From Armatimonadota bacterium (GTDB lineage Bacteria; Armatimonadota; Zipacnadia; Zipacnadales; UBA5352), in contig JAYENL010000234.1 of assembly GCA_034722055.1 (NCBI GenBank), positions 1-25,787 of the forward strand: 25,787 nucleotides of DNA. The letters run 5' to 3'. How positions within the stretch are numbered: the stretch's first letter is position 1; every line of letters starts with the position of its first letter. Position numbers and translations under genes: made by a program. Shown here piece after piece: positions 1-8,233 of the stretch. Under the pieces are notes generated by a model. That model had not been told where the DNA came from. It ran no database searches and saw only the letters and a program-made list of their open reading frames with translations.

Positions 1-165
1 GCGCACCGCCGTCATGTTCCACGTCCACGACCCCGTCCCCGACCCGGCGCCGTCGGTGTACGTGGACAGATACGCCCGCACCTCCCACGGCGGCGGGCCC
101 TGCGCGAATGCGGGCATCGCCAGGATGAGCGCAAGCACAATGAGCGTCAGTGGCTTCGCACGCAT
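1..165 (-). CDS. Secreted hypothetical protein, 5' part only (runs off the window edge); last visible gene of the pilus cluster
   Basis: Not in the ORF track because it is open at the edge. Manual translation from ATG at 165: MRAKPLTLIVLALILAMPAFA|QGPPPWEVRAYLSTYTDGAGSGTGSWTWNMTAVR. It has a Sec-type signal peptide with an AFA cleavage site and a GAGG RBS at 174-177, and starts 48 nt after the stop of the upstream gene. Confidence 0.8.
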   Translation of the reverse strand, partial: MRAKPLTLIVLALILAMPAFAQGPPPWEVRAYLSTYTDGAGSGTGSWTWNMTAVR

Positions 166-213
166 GCATGGCACCTCTTCAGAACGTCCCCTCGGCTCCA
201 CCGCGCCCGGGCC

Positions 214-3200
214 TCACCGCACTTCGGCGTAGGCCGGCTGCGTGAACGGATCCTTCCACATCTCACCGGGCGCAGGCACCGAGCGCTCGTCATCGAGTCT
301 GTGCGCATCGTCGTCCGGGTCCTCGGGCACATTCAGCCGCGTGGAGACCTCGAAGATGTGGCTGCCCAGCACCGCATTGCGGGCGCCCGAGCCGATGTTC
401 CCCGGTGTGGCGCTCTCGATCTGGCTGAGGCTGTTGACGATCAGGTGGCTCCCCGACCGCAGCCGGTGCGCGCACACCGGATACCAGCGCTTGTCGTAGG
501 TCCGCTCCTGGGCCGTCCCCTGGGCGGTGGTGATCAGCGTCATGGGCTTGCCCGCGTAGTCCTCGCGCACTGAGCCCGCGGGCGTCTCATACCGCTGCAC
601 GAAGTACCAGTGCGGCTGGTCGGTCGGCCATGGTGCGCCCGCGCCCATCTCGTCCAGGGCCCAGTTCGCCGGATCGGGGTCGCTGATATCGATCCGGAAC
701 TCATACACCCCCGGCCCCGCCTCCGCCAGCGGATGCGGCGGCTGTTGCACGCCGTCCACGTAGGTCCGGCCCGCATATCGGGTGCAGGTCACCGTCAGGT
801 AGAGAGTGCTCCCGTAGCGCCGGTACTCCACGTGCTTGACGTTCTCGAACCGCAGCGGCTCGTTGGAGACGTTGTCCCCATCCTCGGGATCCGGGTCATA
901 CAGCCACGCCCAGTACTTCCATGTGGCGCCGCTGCCGCCAGGGGTCTCCACACTGGCCCCCGGATTGACAATCCCCGAGCCCGCCGCCACGATGATGACC
1001 TGGTTGAGATTCGACGCCGCACACAGATACCCGATCAACTGGTCGTTACCGGGATCGAAGATCGGCTGCGCGGAGGTATAGCGCACCCGCAGGAACTTCC
1101 GCGGCGCCTGGCCCACACGTACATAGGTGGGCGTCACCGTCCGCACCTCATGCCGCTGTCGCCCGTCCATCTCGTTCGTCGCCGGGTTGTGGAAGCGGGT
1201 GATGACATCCACCACCCGCGCGTTGCCCGTGTCCGCGATCACGGTGTGCAGCACCGGGAACTCCCGGACATTGCCGCCGCCCAGGTCCACCGTCTCCAGG
1301 TCGTAGTACCGCCAGGCGTCGGCCGGCCGCGACAGCCGCAGGTCGTGATTGTCGGGGCTGGTGTAGTACTCGTAGCCGAACTCGTCCAGCGGCCACACGA
1401 CCCGCCCCGCCCGATCGATCTCCACCACCCGGTTGTTCCCGGTGTCCACCACCAGAATGTTGCCGCTCTGCAGCCGCGTCGCCTTGGCCGGCCGGCTGAA
1501 GGGGCGCTTCAGGTCCTCGCCGATGAACGACTGCGCCCGCTGCGGGCTGGCCGTGCCGGTGCACACCCAGCTCGGCTCATCGCCGGTCGTCTCCACGATG
1601 CGATTCGAATCGCACAGCAGCACCTGCCACGGCACCAGCGCGCTCACGTAGCCCAGGTCCACGTCCGTGGCGTCCGCGGTCCCCATGATCCGCGAGCCCA
1701 CGAAGACGCGGTCCTCCGTCACCGACGGCGAGGAGCTCACCACCGGGATCCCCGCCACGGTGGGGTGCCGCCGGGCCGGTCGCGCCAGCCCGCTCTGCAC
1801 GAACCCCGTCGCCCTGTTCCACATCAGCGACAGCAGCGTGCGGTCGATGCTCCTCGGCGGCGGCCCCGGCAGCGGGGGATCGAAGGCCCCGTCCAGGTTG
1901 TCATCCAGCCCCTGCGTGCCCACGTGGATGGTGTTGCCCGCCACCGCAGGCGATGACAGCGACGGTCCGAACAGCGGCGCCATCTGATGCCGCTCCCGGG
2001 GAATGTTCCGCGGCGGATTGGGGATATTGATGAATCGCGCGTCGCGCTCCGACCACGTGGTGTACGACACCAGCAGCTCGTCGCCCGGCTGCACCGGATC
2101 GCCGTACGCATCCTGCGCGGCGGTCATGTCCACCCAGCCGTCCGGGCGCAGATCGCGGCCGAAGGCCGCCACCGTCGGGCCCAGGGGCGTGAAGTTCACT
2201 ATCGGCGTCCCGTCAGGCCGGGTGATGGTCGGCTCGCTTCCCGCCGTCCAGTCCACCGGCCAGTGGCGCAGGCGGATGTAGCCGGGGGTGTGATGGAACC
2301 GCTCAATGGGCGGAACCCGGTGCAGCTCGCGACTGGGCGGGTCCTGGTCATCGGAGGGGTCCTCGGGAGTCTGGTTGTCGTGGCTCCAGGTCACCCGGAT
2401 GGCCCGCCCGTAGATCGGGAAGCGGCCCGGAATCCCCTGCGCCCTCACGCGTCCGGCCGTCTCCGCAGGGAAGACCAGCTCCCGCGTCATGCGATTGACC
2501 CGATAATACCGCGGCGAGATGACGTTGCCGGTCCCCAGCACCTGCACCACGAAGTTGGAGCTGTCCGGCGACACATGGTAGAGCACATCCTGGGCCGGGT
2601 CAGCCGGATCCACGGGACCGAGCCGCACAGAGGCCTCCACCTGCCGGCTGAGGCCCACCACCGCCCCCCGCGTCAGCGTGGGGGCCCCGATGGCGTCCAC
2701 GCGCGTGCCAGCCACCACGGCCGTGTCCGCGTCCATCGCGGCGCCGGTGACGCTCAGCGTCCCCGGATTCGGCCCCGGATCCGGCGTCGAGGCCAGCGGA
2801 TCGTAGCTCCACTTCACCGCCCCGGACTCCCCCTCCAGCGCCGTAACCTCGCCGGTCCCGGGCGCGGGCAGGTCGAGGTAGTCCACCGGCTCGCCGGCGC
2901 TGACCACCACCTCGTCGGGGCTCATCGCCGACGGCTGCGTCGCGCGCTGGCCCCTCGGAAGCTCCCGCCGCCAGCGCACAGGCCCCGGCAGCATGTACTG
3001 CTCGGTGGCGGCGGTGTACTCCACCTCCACCGGCACACCGAGCTGCGCCTCTATGGGATCGCTTCCCGACTCCACCACCGCCTCCCGCACGGCGGCGGGT
3101 GCATAGACCACATGTCGCGTGTCGAACCACGCATCCTCGTCAACGAGCGGCCAGCTTGCCGGAGCCAGTCCGTCCACCACGACCGCGGTGTCTATATAGT

Positions 3201-5307
3201 CGGCTGCCGCGGGCATGGCGGCGTTCGTCCGCACCAGGTAGTACTCGGCGTTGAGCGCGATCTCCCCGGTGCTCAGCCGCTGCGGGGCCGGTACCAGACA
3301 GAACTGGCTCCCCCCCGCACTGTTATCGATACGAATCTGCTTTGTCGCCTTACGGTAGCGGTGCGTGGCAGCGGTTCCGAACGTCAGCAGCGCATCCGCG
3401 GGACGGCCGTCGGCGCTCTCACCGGCGCTGTGAACCACCGGGATTGACCCCGGCGACGGTGGCAGCGGCGGCCTCGCTGCAGCCGGCAGCGCCACCCAGC
3501 GGGGGTCGTGGAAGGCCGGCAGCGCCCGCTGCGGCTCGCGCACAGGCGCGCCCGTGTTCGGGTCCTGCATGTCCGTGCCGATTCCGTCGATGTTCGTCGC
3601 ATCCGACGGATAGACCCACTTCGCCCCGTCGTCGGGACTGCCGCCGGACCAGTCGAAGGCCAGTTCGAAGCAGTGCGCCCGCCCGTAGGTATTGTCCTCC
3701 GGGTTCGGGGCCCCCAACGTCGGGTCATGCTCCGTGGCCAGCACGTAGACGAAGCCGTTGTGCACCACGGGCGTGGACAGCGCGGCCACACTGCCCGCGG
3801 GGCCAACACCGTCGTCGTAGCCCGTGATCGCCCTCGTCCACACCAGCCCGCCGGGCGTGTCGAAAGGCGCCGGCACGCGGCTGAGCACCTCCGGGTCGTA
3901 GGTGGCGTTGATGCAACTCACGTAGCCCACGTGGGGGACCGTGGACGTGTCCACGGTGCTGATCAGCACCACCTGCACCGGCACCTCGTAGCCCGTCGTC
4001 CCCGTCACGTTCATGCTCGCCAGGGCCGGGCCGGCGTACCGCGGGGTGTGACCGTCCGGCAGCACCCACTCCCAGATCATGTCGTAGGGCGCGCCTTGGC
4101 CGTAGTCCCCAACGCCGTCATCGGGGAAGGCGTCACCGTCGAGGCTCTGCTCCGGCTCCGTGTCGAAGCACATCAGCCTCGCGGCGGTAGGCGGCGCCAT
4201 GGAGGGCAGGCTGATGGCGTAAACCATCCCGCGGCTGTAGACCGGCGTGGAGACGACCGCGCCGATACTGTGGACCGCTGGGTCCTCCTCCTCAGCCGGG
4301 TACTGCCACCCGATATCCAGCGGGAAGGGCGCGCGGGCCACGGTCGCCGCAGGCGCCCGCGGCGTCCCCCGCGCCTGCTCCCAGCGGTCGTTCCACTGGA
4401 TCATGTTCAGCGCGAGCTGCACGTCCGGGGCCTGCGCCGGGTCAGGGGAGGGTCGCCTGCCCTGGGTGAACCCGCTCTCGCCGAACTCCACTATCCACTC
4501 CGAGACGTCAAGCCCCACGCCCCCCGTGCTCACCACGATGCTGCCGCTCCCCCAGGAGGCCGCCACGATGAACGGCTGGCGATTGCCCACCGTGCCGTCG
4601 CCAGCCACGTCCCCCACCTGCACCACGGTGCGGAACGCCGGCTCCACGTTCGTGATGTAGAGGCCGCTGACACCGGTGGCGCCCCAGTCCGGGTCCTCGC
4701 CCAGTCGCGACACCCCGCTCACGCCCAGGCGATAGGGCTCGGTCAGCAGTCCGTGGCGGCTGTCCAGCGCCACCCTGGCGTGCGTCCCCGCGCCCATGTT
4801 ATCGAACTCGAACTGCCAGGGGAAGGTGGTGACTGCAGTCCGCCCGGCGGTGACGTCCTCATCCACCCACAGGATCGCCCCGGCCTCCACCGCCGTCACC
4901 AGCCCGTTCATCTGAGCCGGCGTCAGGTCCAGATCGGGCGCGCTGATGTAGATCAGGTCCATGTCCCTCAGCCGCCGCGCGTTCTCCTCGGTCAGCGGCA
5001 CGAACCAGTAGTCCCGCTTGCCCTTCACGGTGAACTGGTCGGGGGTCTGGCCGGTGACGACCGTGGGCCCCGCGAGGGGATTCTCGAACACCCAGTCGTC
5101 GGGACACAGCGGCGACCGGCGGATGCCCTCGATGACGTAGGGATTCGGATGGGTGTCTGGCGTCTGAGGATCGATGCCGAGCACACACGCGTTGACCACG
5201 CGCTGGGCCGCATCGTATCGGAAACTGGTGCGCGCCGCCATAGCCGTGGCGGCGGTCACAAGCAGTATCAGTGCTGCCAGCAGCAGACAGTTGCGGCACA
5301 ACCGCAT
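214..5307 (-). CDS. Giant secreted multi-domain protein (~1697 aa): signal peptide, DUF4159-like N-terminal domain, PQQ/BamB-like beta-propeller repeats, C-terminal NHL-like propeller; probable PilY1-analogous tip adhesin
   Basis: Start reassigned to ATG 5307 (MRLCRNCLLLAALILLVTAATAMA) with GGAGG RBS at 5316-5320. The longer 5508 start overlaps the upstream gene. DUF4159-like motif DMDLIYIS...LTPAQ...LVTAVEAGAILWVD. PQQ-like repeats VVSTPVYSRGMVY, LSTPVVHNGFVYV, GEVTALEGESGAVKWSY, LSSPAVAGNTIHVG, SSSPSVTEDRVFVG. NHL-like repeats FSRPAKATRLQSGNILVVDTGNNRVVEID and LSRP...VIADTGNARVVDV. Confidence 0.8.
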   Translation of the reverse strand: MRLCRNCLLLAALILLVTAATAMAARTSFRYDAAQRVVNACVLGIDPQTPDTHPNPYVIEGIRRSPLCPDDWVFENPLAGPTVVTGQTPDQFTVKGKRDYWFVPLTEENARRLRDMDLIYISAPDLDLTPAQMNGLVTAVEAGAILWVDEDVTAGRTAVTTFPWQFEFDNMGAGTHARVALDSRHGLLTEPYRLGVSGVSRLGEDPDWGATGVSGLYITNVEPAFRTVVQVGDVAGDGTVGNRQPFIVAASWGSGSIVVSTGGVGLDVSEWIVEFGESGFTQGRRPSPDPAQAPDVQLALNMIQWNDRWEQARGTPRAPAATVARAPFPLDIGWQYPAEEEDPAVHSIGAVVSTPVYSRGMVYAISLPSMAPPTAARLMCFDTEPEQSLDGDAFPDDGVGDYGQGAPYDMIWEWVLPDGHTPRYAGPALASMNVTGTTGYEVPVQVVLISTVDTSTVPHVGYVSCINATYDPEVLSRVPAPFDTPGGLVWTRAITGYDDGVGPAGSVAALSTPVVHNGFVYVLATEHDPTLGAPNPEDNTYGRAHCFELAFDWSGGSPDDGAKWVYPSDATNIDGIGTDMQDPNTGAPVREPQRALPAFHDPRWVALPAAARPPLPPSPGSIPVVHSAGESADGRPADALLTFGTAATHRYRKATKQIRIDNSAGGSQFCLVPAPQRLSTGEIALNAEYYLVRTNAAMPAAADYIDTAVVVDGLAPASWPLVDEDAWFDTRHVVYAPAAVREAVVESGSDPIEAQLGVPVEVEYTAATEQYMLPGPVRWRRELPRGQRATQPSAMSPDEVVVSAGEPVDYLDLPAPGTGEVTALEGESGAVKWSYDPLASTPDPGPNPGTLSVTGAAMDADTAVVAGTRVDAIGAPTLTRGAVVGLSRQVEASVRLGPVDPADPAQDVLYHVSPDSSNFVVQVLGTGNVISPRYYRVNRMTRELVFPAETAGRVRAQGIPGRFPIYGRAIRVTWSHDNQTPEDPSDDQDPPSRELHRVPPIERFHHTPGYIRLRHWPVDWTAGSEPTITRPDGTPIVNFTPLGPTVAAFGRDLRPDGWVDMTAAQDAYGDPVQPGDELLVSYTTWSERDARFINIPNPPRNIPRERHQMAPLFGPSLSSPAVAGNTIHVGTQGLDDNLDGAFDPPLPGPPPRSIDRTLLSLMWNRATGFVQSGLARPARRHPTVAGIPVVSSSPSVTEDRVFVGSRIMGTADATDVDLGYVSALVPWQVLLCDSNRIVETTGDEPSWVCTGTASPQRAQSFIGEDLKRPFSRPAKATRLQSGNILVVDTGNNRVVEIDRAGRVVWPLDEFGYEYYTSPDNHDLRLSRPADAWRYYDLETVDLGGGNVREFPVLHTVIADTGNARVVDVITRFHNPATNEMDGRQRHEVRTVTPTYVRVGQAPRKFLRVRYTSAQPIFDPGNDQLIGYLCAASNLNQVIIVAAGSGIVNPGASVETPGGSGATWKYWAWLYDPDPEDGDNVSNEPLRFENVKHVEYRRYGSTLYLTVTCTRYAGRTYVDGVQQPPHPLAEAGPGVYEFRIDISDPDPANWALDEMGAGAPWPTDQPHWYFVQRYETPAGSVREDYAGKPMTLITTAQGTAQERTYDKRWYPVCAHRLRSGSHLIVNSLSQIESATPGNIGSGARNAVLGSHIFEVSTRLNVPEDPDDDAHRLDDERSVPAPGEMWKDPFTQPAYAEVR

Positions 5308-5347
5308 CTCGGTTACCTCCGTGCGTGGCCGGACGATGGCCGGCGGC

Positions 5348-8233
5348 CTACTGTGCCTCGCCGTAGTACACCAGGTCGGTGCTGACCGGAAGCAGGGGCA
5401 TGCGCGGCAGGTTGGCGGCCGGGTGCGTCGGATCCGCAACCGGGGCGTGGAATCGGGCCAGCCGCAGAGTGTCGTCGTAGTCGTACTCGATCGTCCCCCA
5501 CCGCTCAATGTCGTCGGTCGTCGTGCCGGTGTACCCTGCCGGATACGCGCACTTGTCGCTCCAGTCCCGCGCGGCCTCCACGGATGCCGTGAAGTTCTCC
5601 GCGATGGCCCCGTTGAAGGTGATCTTGTAGTTGTAGCGCCGGAACTCCACCGCCGCGTCGCCCGTGACCTCCTCGTCGAAGTGGTCGGAGGTCAGCACGT
5701 ACCAGCAGCCCCGCTCCGCATAGACCGCTGCGTTCACCCGCGCGTTGATCGCCCCCACCGGCAGGCCGTCCGCGTTGTACTCCGCGACCTTCCACTTCTT
5801 CGCCCAGTAGCTCGTCGAGCCAGCCGTCAGGTGTGGGTCGGCCTGCCGAAGCACCACCCAGTTCTCCACGCCCGGCGTGGGGTCCAGATGGCCGGCCATG
5901 TCCCACGGCAGATTCGCAGCCGGCTCCCGGTACGGAGCCCACAGCGGAGCCACGGCCTCGACACCGTAGGGCTGGGGCGGCGTGGAGCCGTCCGGGAAGA
6001 CCGCGCCCGGCGGCACCAGCACGAAGGTGGGGTCCACCATGGGGTCGGGCGGATCGCCGAAGTCATACCACTGCCACGCCCCGGCTCCCTCCGTCCACGT
6101 GGTCATCGCCACTCCGGACGGGCCGGGATCGCCGGCGGCCTGCCGCACAACCAGCGCCGCGCTGGTGCCCTCCGGGTCATCGCCCCAGTAGAAGCTGCTA
6201 TACAGGCGCCCGTCGCTACCCGGCGCCAGCTCCCAGTGCTTCTCAAGGTCCGAGGGGTTCACCGGATCGTCGGGCACCGCCGGAGCCGTGCCGGTCGTAA
6301 GCTGCGGCACGATCTGCGTGGTGTTGAGGCACACGCAATCGCGGGCCAGCAGCGCCACCTTGGTGTTGAACTCATCGGCCACGGGCGCCGCCAGATGATC
6401 GTTCGGCGCCAGTATCTGCCCGTCGATGTAGATGGTGCCGCCGGAGACGATCACCATGTCGTAGGAGCGGCGCAGGGCGTTGGAGGCGTCCACCACCGCC
6501 GGCGGAAGCTGCCCCGACACCCGCACATTGCCCTCCGCCACGATCACCGGGTAGCGCACCACATCGGTGGTCCCGTCCAGCCACGGCGTCGGGTAATCCA
6601 TCACCACCGTCCGCAGCCCGGAGTCGTCGCCGGCCGGTGTCCGCCAGGTCCGGTCGTGGCGAGTGATCTTGATGCCCGGCTGCCCCGCCTCGTGGTTCGG
6701 CCACCACACCTCGTCGGCCTGATCCACGTCGTTGTGATTGGCCTCGGCTGCGCCCGCAGCGGCCTCGGTGGGCAGGAACTCGATCTCCACCGCCGGTGGC
6801 GCGTAGGTGGTGAACAGCGCGTTCCACCCGCTGTCGGCCGGCCGCGCCCCGCTGGCGGAGCTGGGCCGCTGCCAGTCGTCAATGAGCTGGCCGATGTCGT
6901 GATCGAACTGGATGTCATCGGAGTTGTCGATGTAGATGCCCGCGCCGAAGCCCCAGGCGCCGTCATTGACGTACTGCCCCGAGCCCACCGGATACTCCAC
7001 GAAGTCGCCCGAGTCCCGGCTGATCCGCCGGTAGCGATCCATGTTGGTGGTCCCGGACCCCAGCGTCAGCGTCGGCGGGCTCATCCTGGACGCGAAGCGC
7101 GAGTAGCCGTTGGCCGTCCCGCGCACGCCGTCCTTGACGCGGCCCCCGAAGGTGTCGAAGTTGGGGTCGTCGCTGGGCAGCAGCACGTCGGTGGTCGTTC
7201 CGCCCGCCTCCACCACCGACACCTGCGCGGACCCGTAGATGTCATTGTGCATCTCGATGCCGCCGGTGACCTCGATCGTGTCACGGCGCTCGTAGCCCGC
7301 AGGCGTGACCTCGTCATGCAGCTCGAAGGTGGTGCTGGGCTCCATGCCGCCCGCGCCGTCGTCGAAGGGCGTACCCGCCACCGCCAGCCGTCCCTCCACG
7401 CGAATCGAGCCATCGAAGGAGGTGCGCAGCCGGTCCATCTCCGCGTTGCCGGGCGGGTTGAGCCCGTTATTCATGTCGATGATGCCGGGGATCCCCAGGT
7501 AGCTCTTCCGCCCGTGCTCCGTGGCGCTGTGCACCCAGCGCATGTAGTCCAGGAGGGGGATGGGCTTGTAGGCCACCAGGCTCCGGTAGACCTGCGTGCC
7601 GTCCACGCGCCCGATGGACTCGATCTTGATGTGCTCGTCGAGCGGATCCGGAGGCGTGGGATCGCCCGGCTCCCAGGGGTCGTAGCTGACCCGCAGCAGG
7701 AAGTAGCCTCGCCCCATCAGCAGGGACTCCACCGGTGAGGTGCCGGCAGGGGCCCTGGGGTCGGGGAAGCGGCTGAAGCCGCGGCGCACGTACTCGTCAC
7801 CCGCGGCCGTTACCACCGGACACCATCCCCGGGCCAGCTCCATCTCCGTGTAGTAATCGTCCTCGGTGCCCGGGATGGTATCGGGACCGTAGATCTCCGG
7901 ATCGGCCGCGCCCGTGTCGTCCATCGCCGGAGGCTCCGGGGGGCGCCAGTCCGCGCCCTCCGTCTCCAGCATGTGGTTGGCGTAGCGCACGCCGGCCTCC
8001 GCCAGCGCCTGCGCAGCCAGCATGTCCTCGTGACGCGCGGACTGCCTCTGATTGTAGGTGACAAGTGCAACGAACAGGATCCCGACCAGCAGGATCGCCG
8101 TCATCAGCAGGACCGCCACGAGCAGCGCCTGCCCCCGGCGCCCGCCGCACGTCCGGATCCCAGCGAATCTGCTTCGCCGCATCGCTTTCGGCCTCCGCAG
8201 CCTGGTGGCTGTCTGCCTCGTGCTCCCCCTCAT
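5348..8233 (-). CDS. Very large PilX/GspK-like minor pilin (961 aa)
   Basis: Basic leader then RRG|QALLVAVLLMTAILLVGILFVALV, a class III signal lacking Glu+5 as is typical of PilX/GspK. Followed by the PilX N-terminal signature AQALAEAGVRYA and IKIESIGRV. ATGA overlap with the stop of the upstream gene (8230-8233). Confidence 0.8.
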   Translation of the reverse strand: MRGSTRQTATRLRRPKAMRRSRFAGIRTCGGRRGQALLVAVLLMTAILLVGILFVALVTYNQRQSARHEDMLAAQALAEAGVRYANHMLETEGADWRPPEPPAMDDTGAADPEIYGPDTIPGTEDDYYTEMELARGWCPVVTAAGDEYVRRGFSRFPDPRAPAGTSPVESLLMGRGYFLLRVSYDPWEPGDPTPPDPLDEHIKIESIGRVDGTQVYRSLVAYKPIPLLDYMRWVHSATEHGRKSYLGIPGIIDMNNGLNPPGNAEMDRLRTSFDGSIRVEGRLAVAGTPFDDGAGGMEPSTTFELHDEVTPAGYERRDTIEVTGGIEMHNDIYGSAQVSVVEAGGTTTDVLLPSDDPNFDTFGGRVKDGVRGTANGYSRFASRMSPPTLTLGSGTTNMDRYRRISRDSGDFVEYPVGSGQYVNDGAWGFGAGIYIDNSDDIQFDHDIGQLIDDWQRPSSASGARPADSGWNALFTTYAPPAVEIEFLPTEAAAGAAEANHNDVDQADEVWWPNHEAGQPGIKITRHDRTWRTPAGDDSGLRTVVMDYPTPWLDGTTDVVRYPVIVAEGNVRVSGQLPPAVVDASNALRRSYDMVIVSGGTIYIDGQILAPNDHLAAPVADEFNTKVALLARDCVCLNTTQIVPQLTTGTAPAVPDDPVNPSDLEKHWELAPGSDGRLYSSFYWGDDPEGTSAALVVRQAAGDPGPSGVAMTTWTEGAGAWQWYDFGDPPDPMVDPTFVLVPPGAVFPDGSTPPQPYGVEAVAPLWAPYREPAANLPWDMAGHLDPTPGVENWVVLRQADPHLTAGSTSYWAKKWKVAEYNADGLPVGAINARVNAAVYAERGCWYVLTSDHFDEEVTGDAAVEFRRYNYKITFNGAIAENFTASVEAARDWSDKCAYPAGYTGTTTDDIERWGTIEYDYDDTLRLARFHAPVADPTHPAANLPRMPLLPVSTDLVYYGEAQ

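Noticed and set aside
5308..5508. N-terminal extension of the 1764-aa ORF
   Set aside because: Overlaps the 3' end of the PilX-like gene. The signal peptide and GGAGG RBS point to ATG 5307.
5174..7738. 854-aa + strand ORF, and similar long antisense ORFs (610..1956, 1987..3447, 3508..5385, 9046..10050, 12462..13523, 17017..19314, 20200..21606, 22871..24919)
   Set aside because: Shadow frames opposite well-supported genes. They are Arg/His/Val/Gly-rich with no recognisable motifs, as expected in GC-rich DNA with few stop codons.
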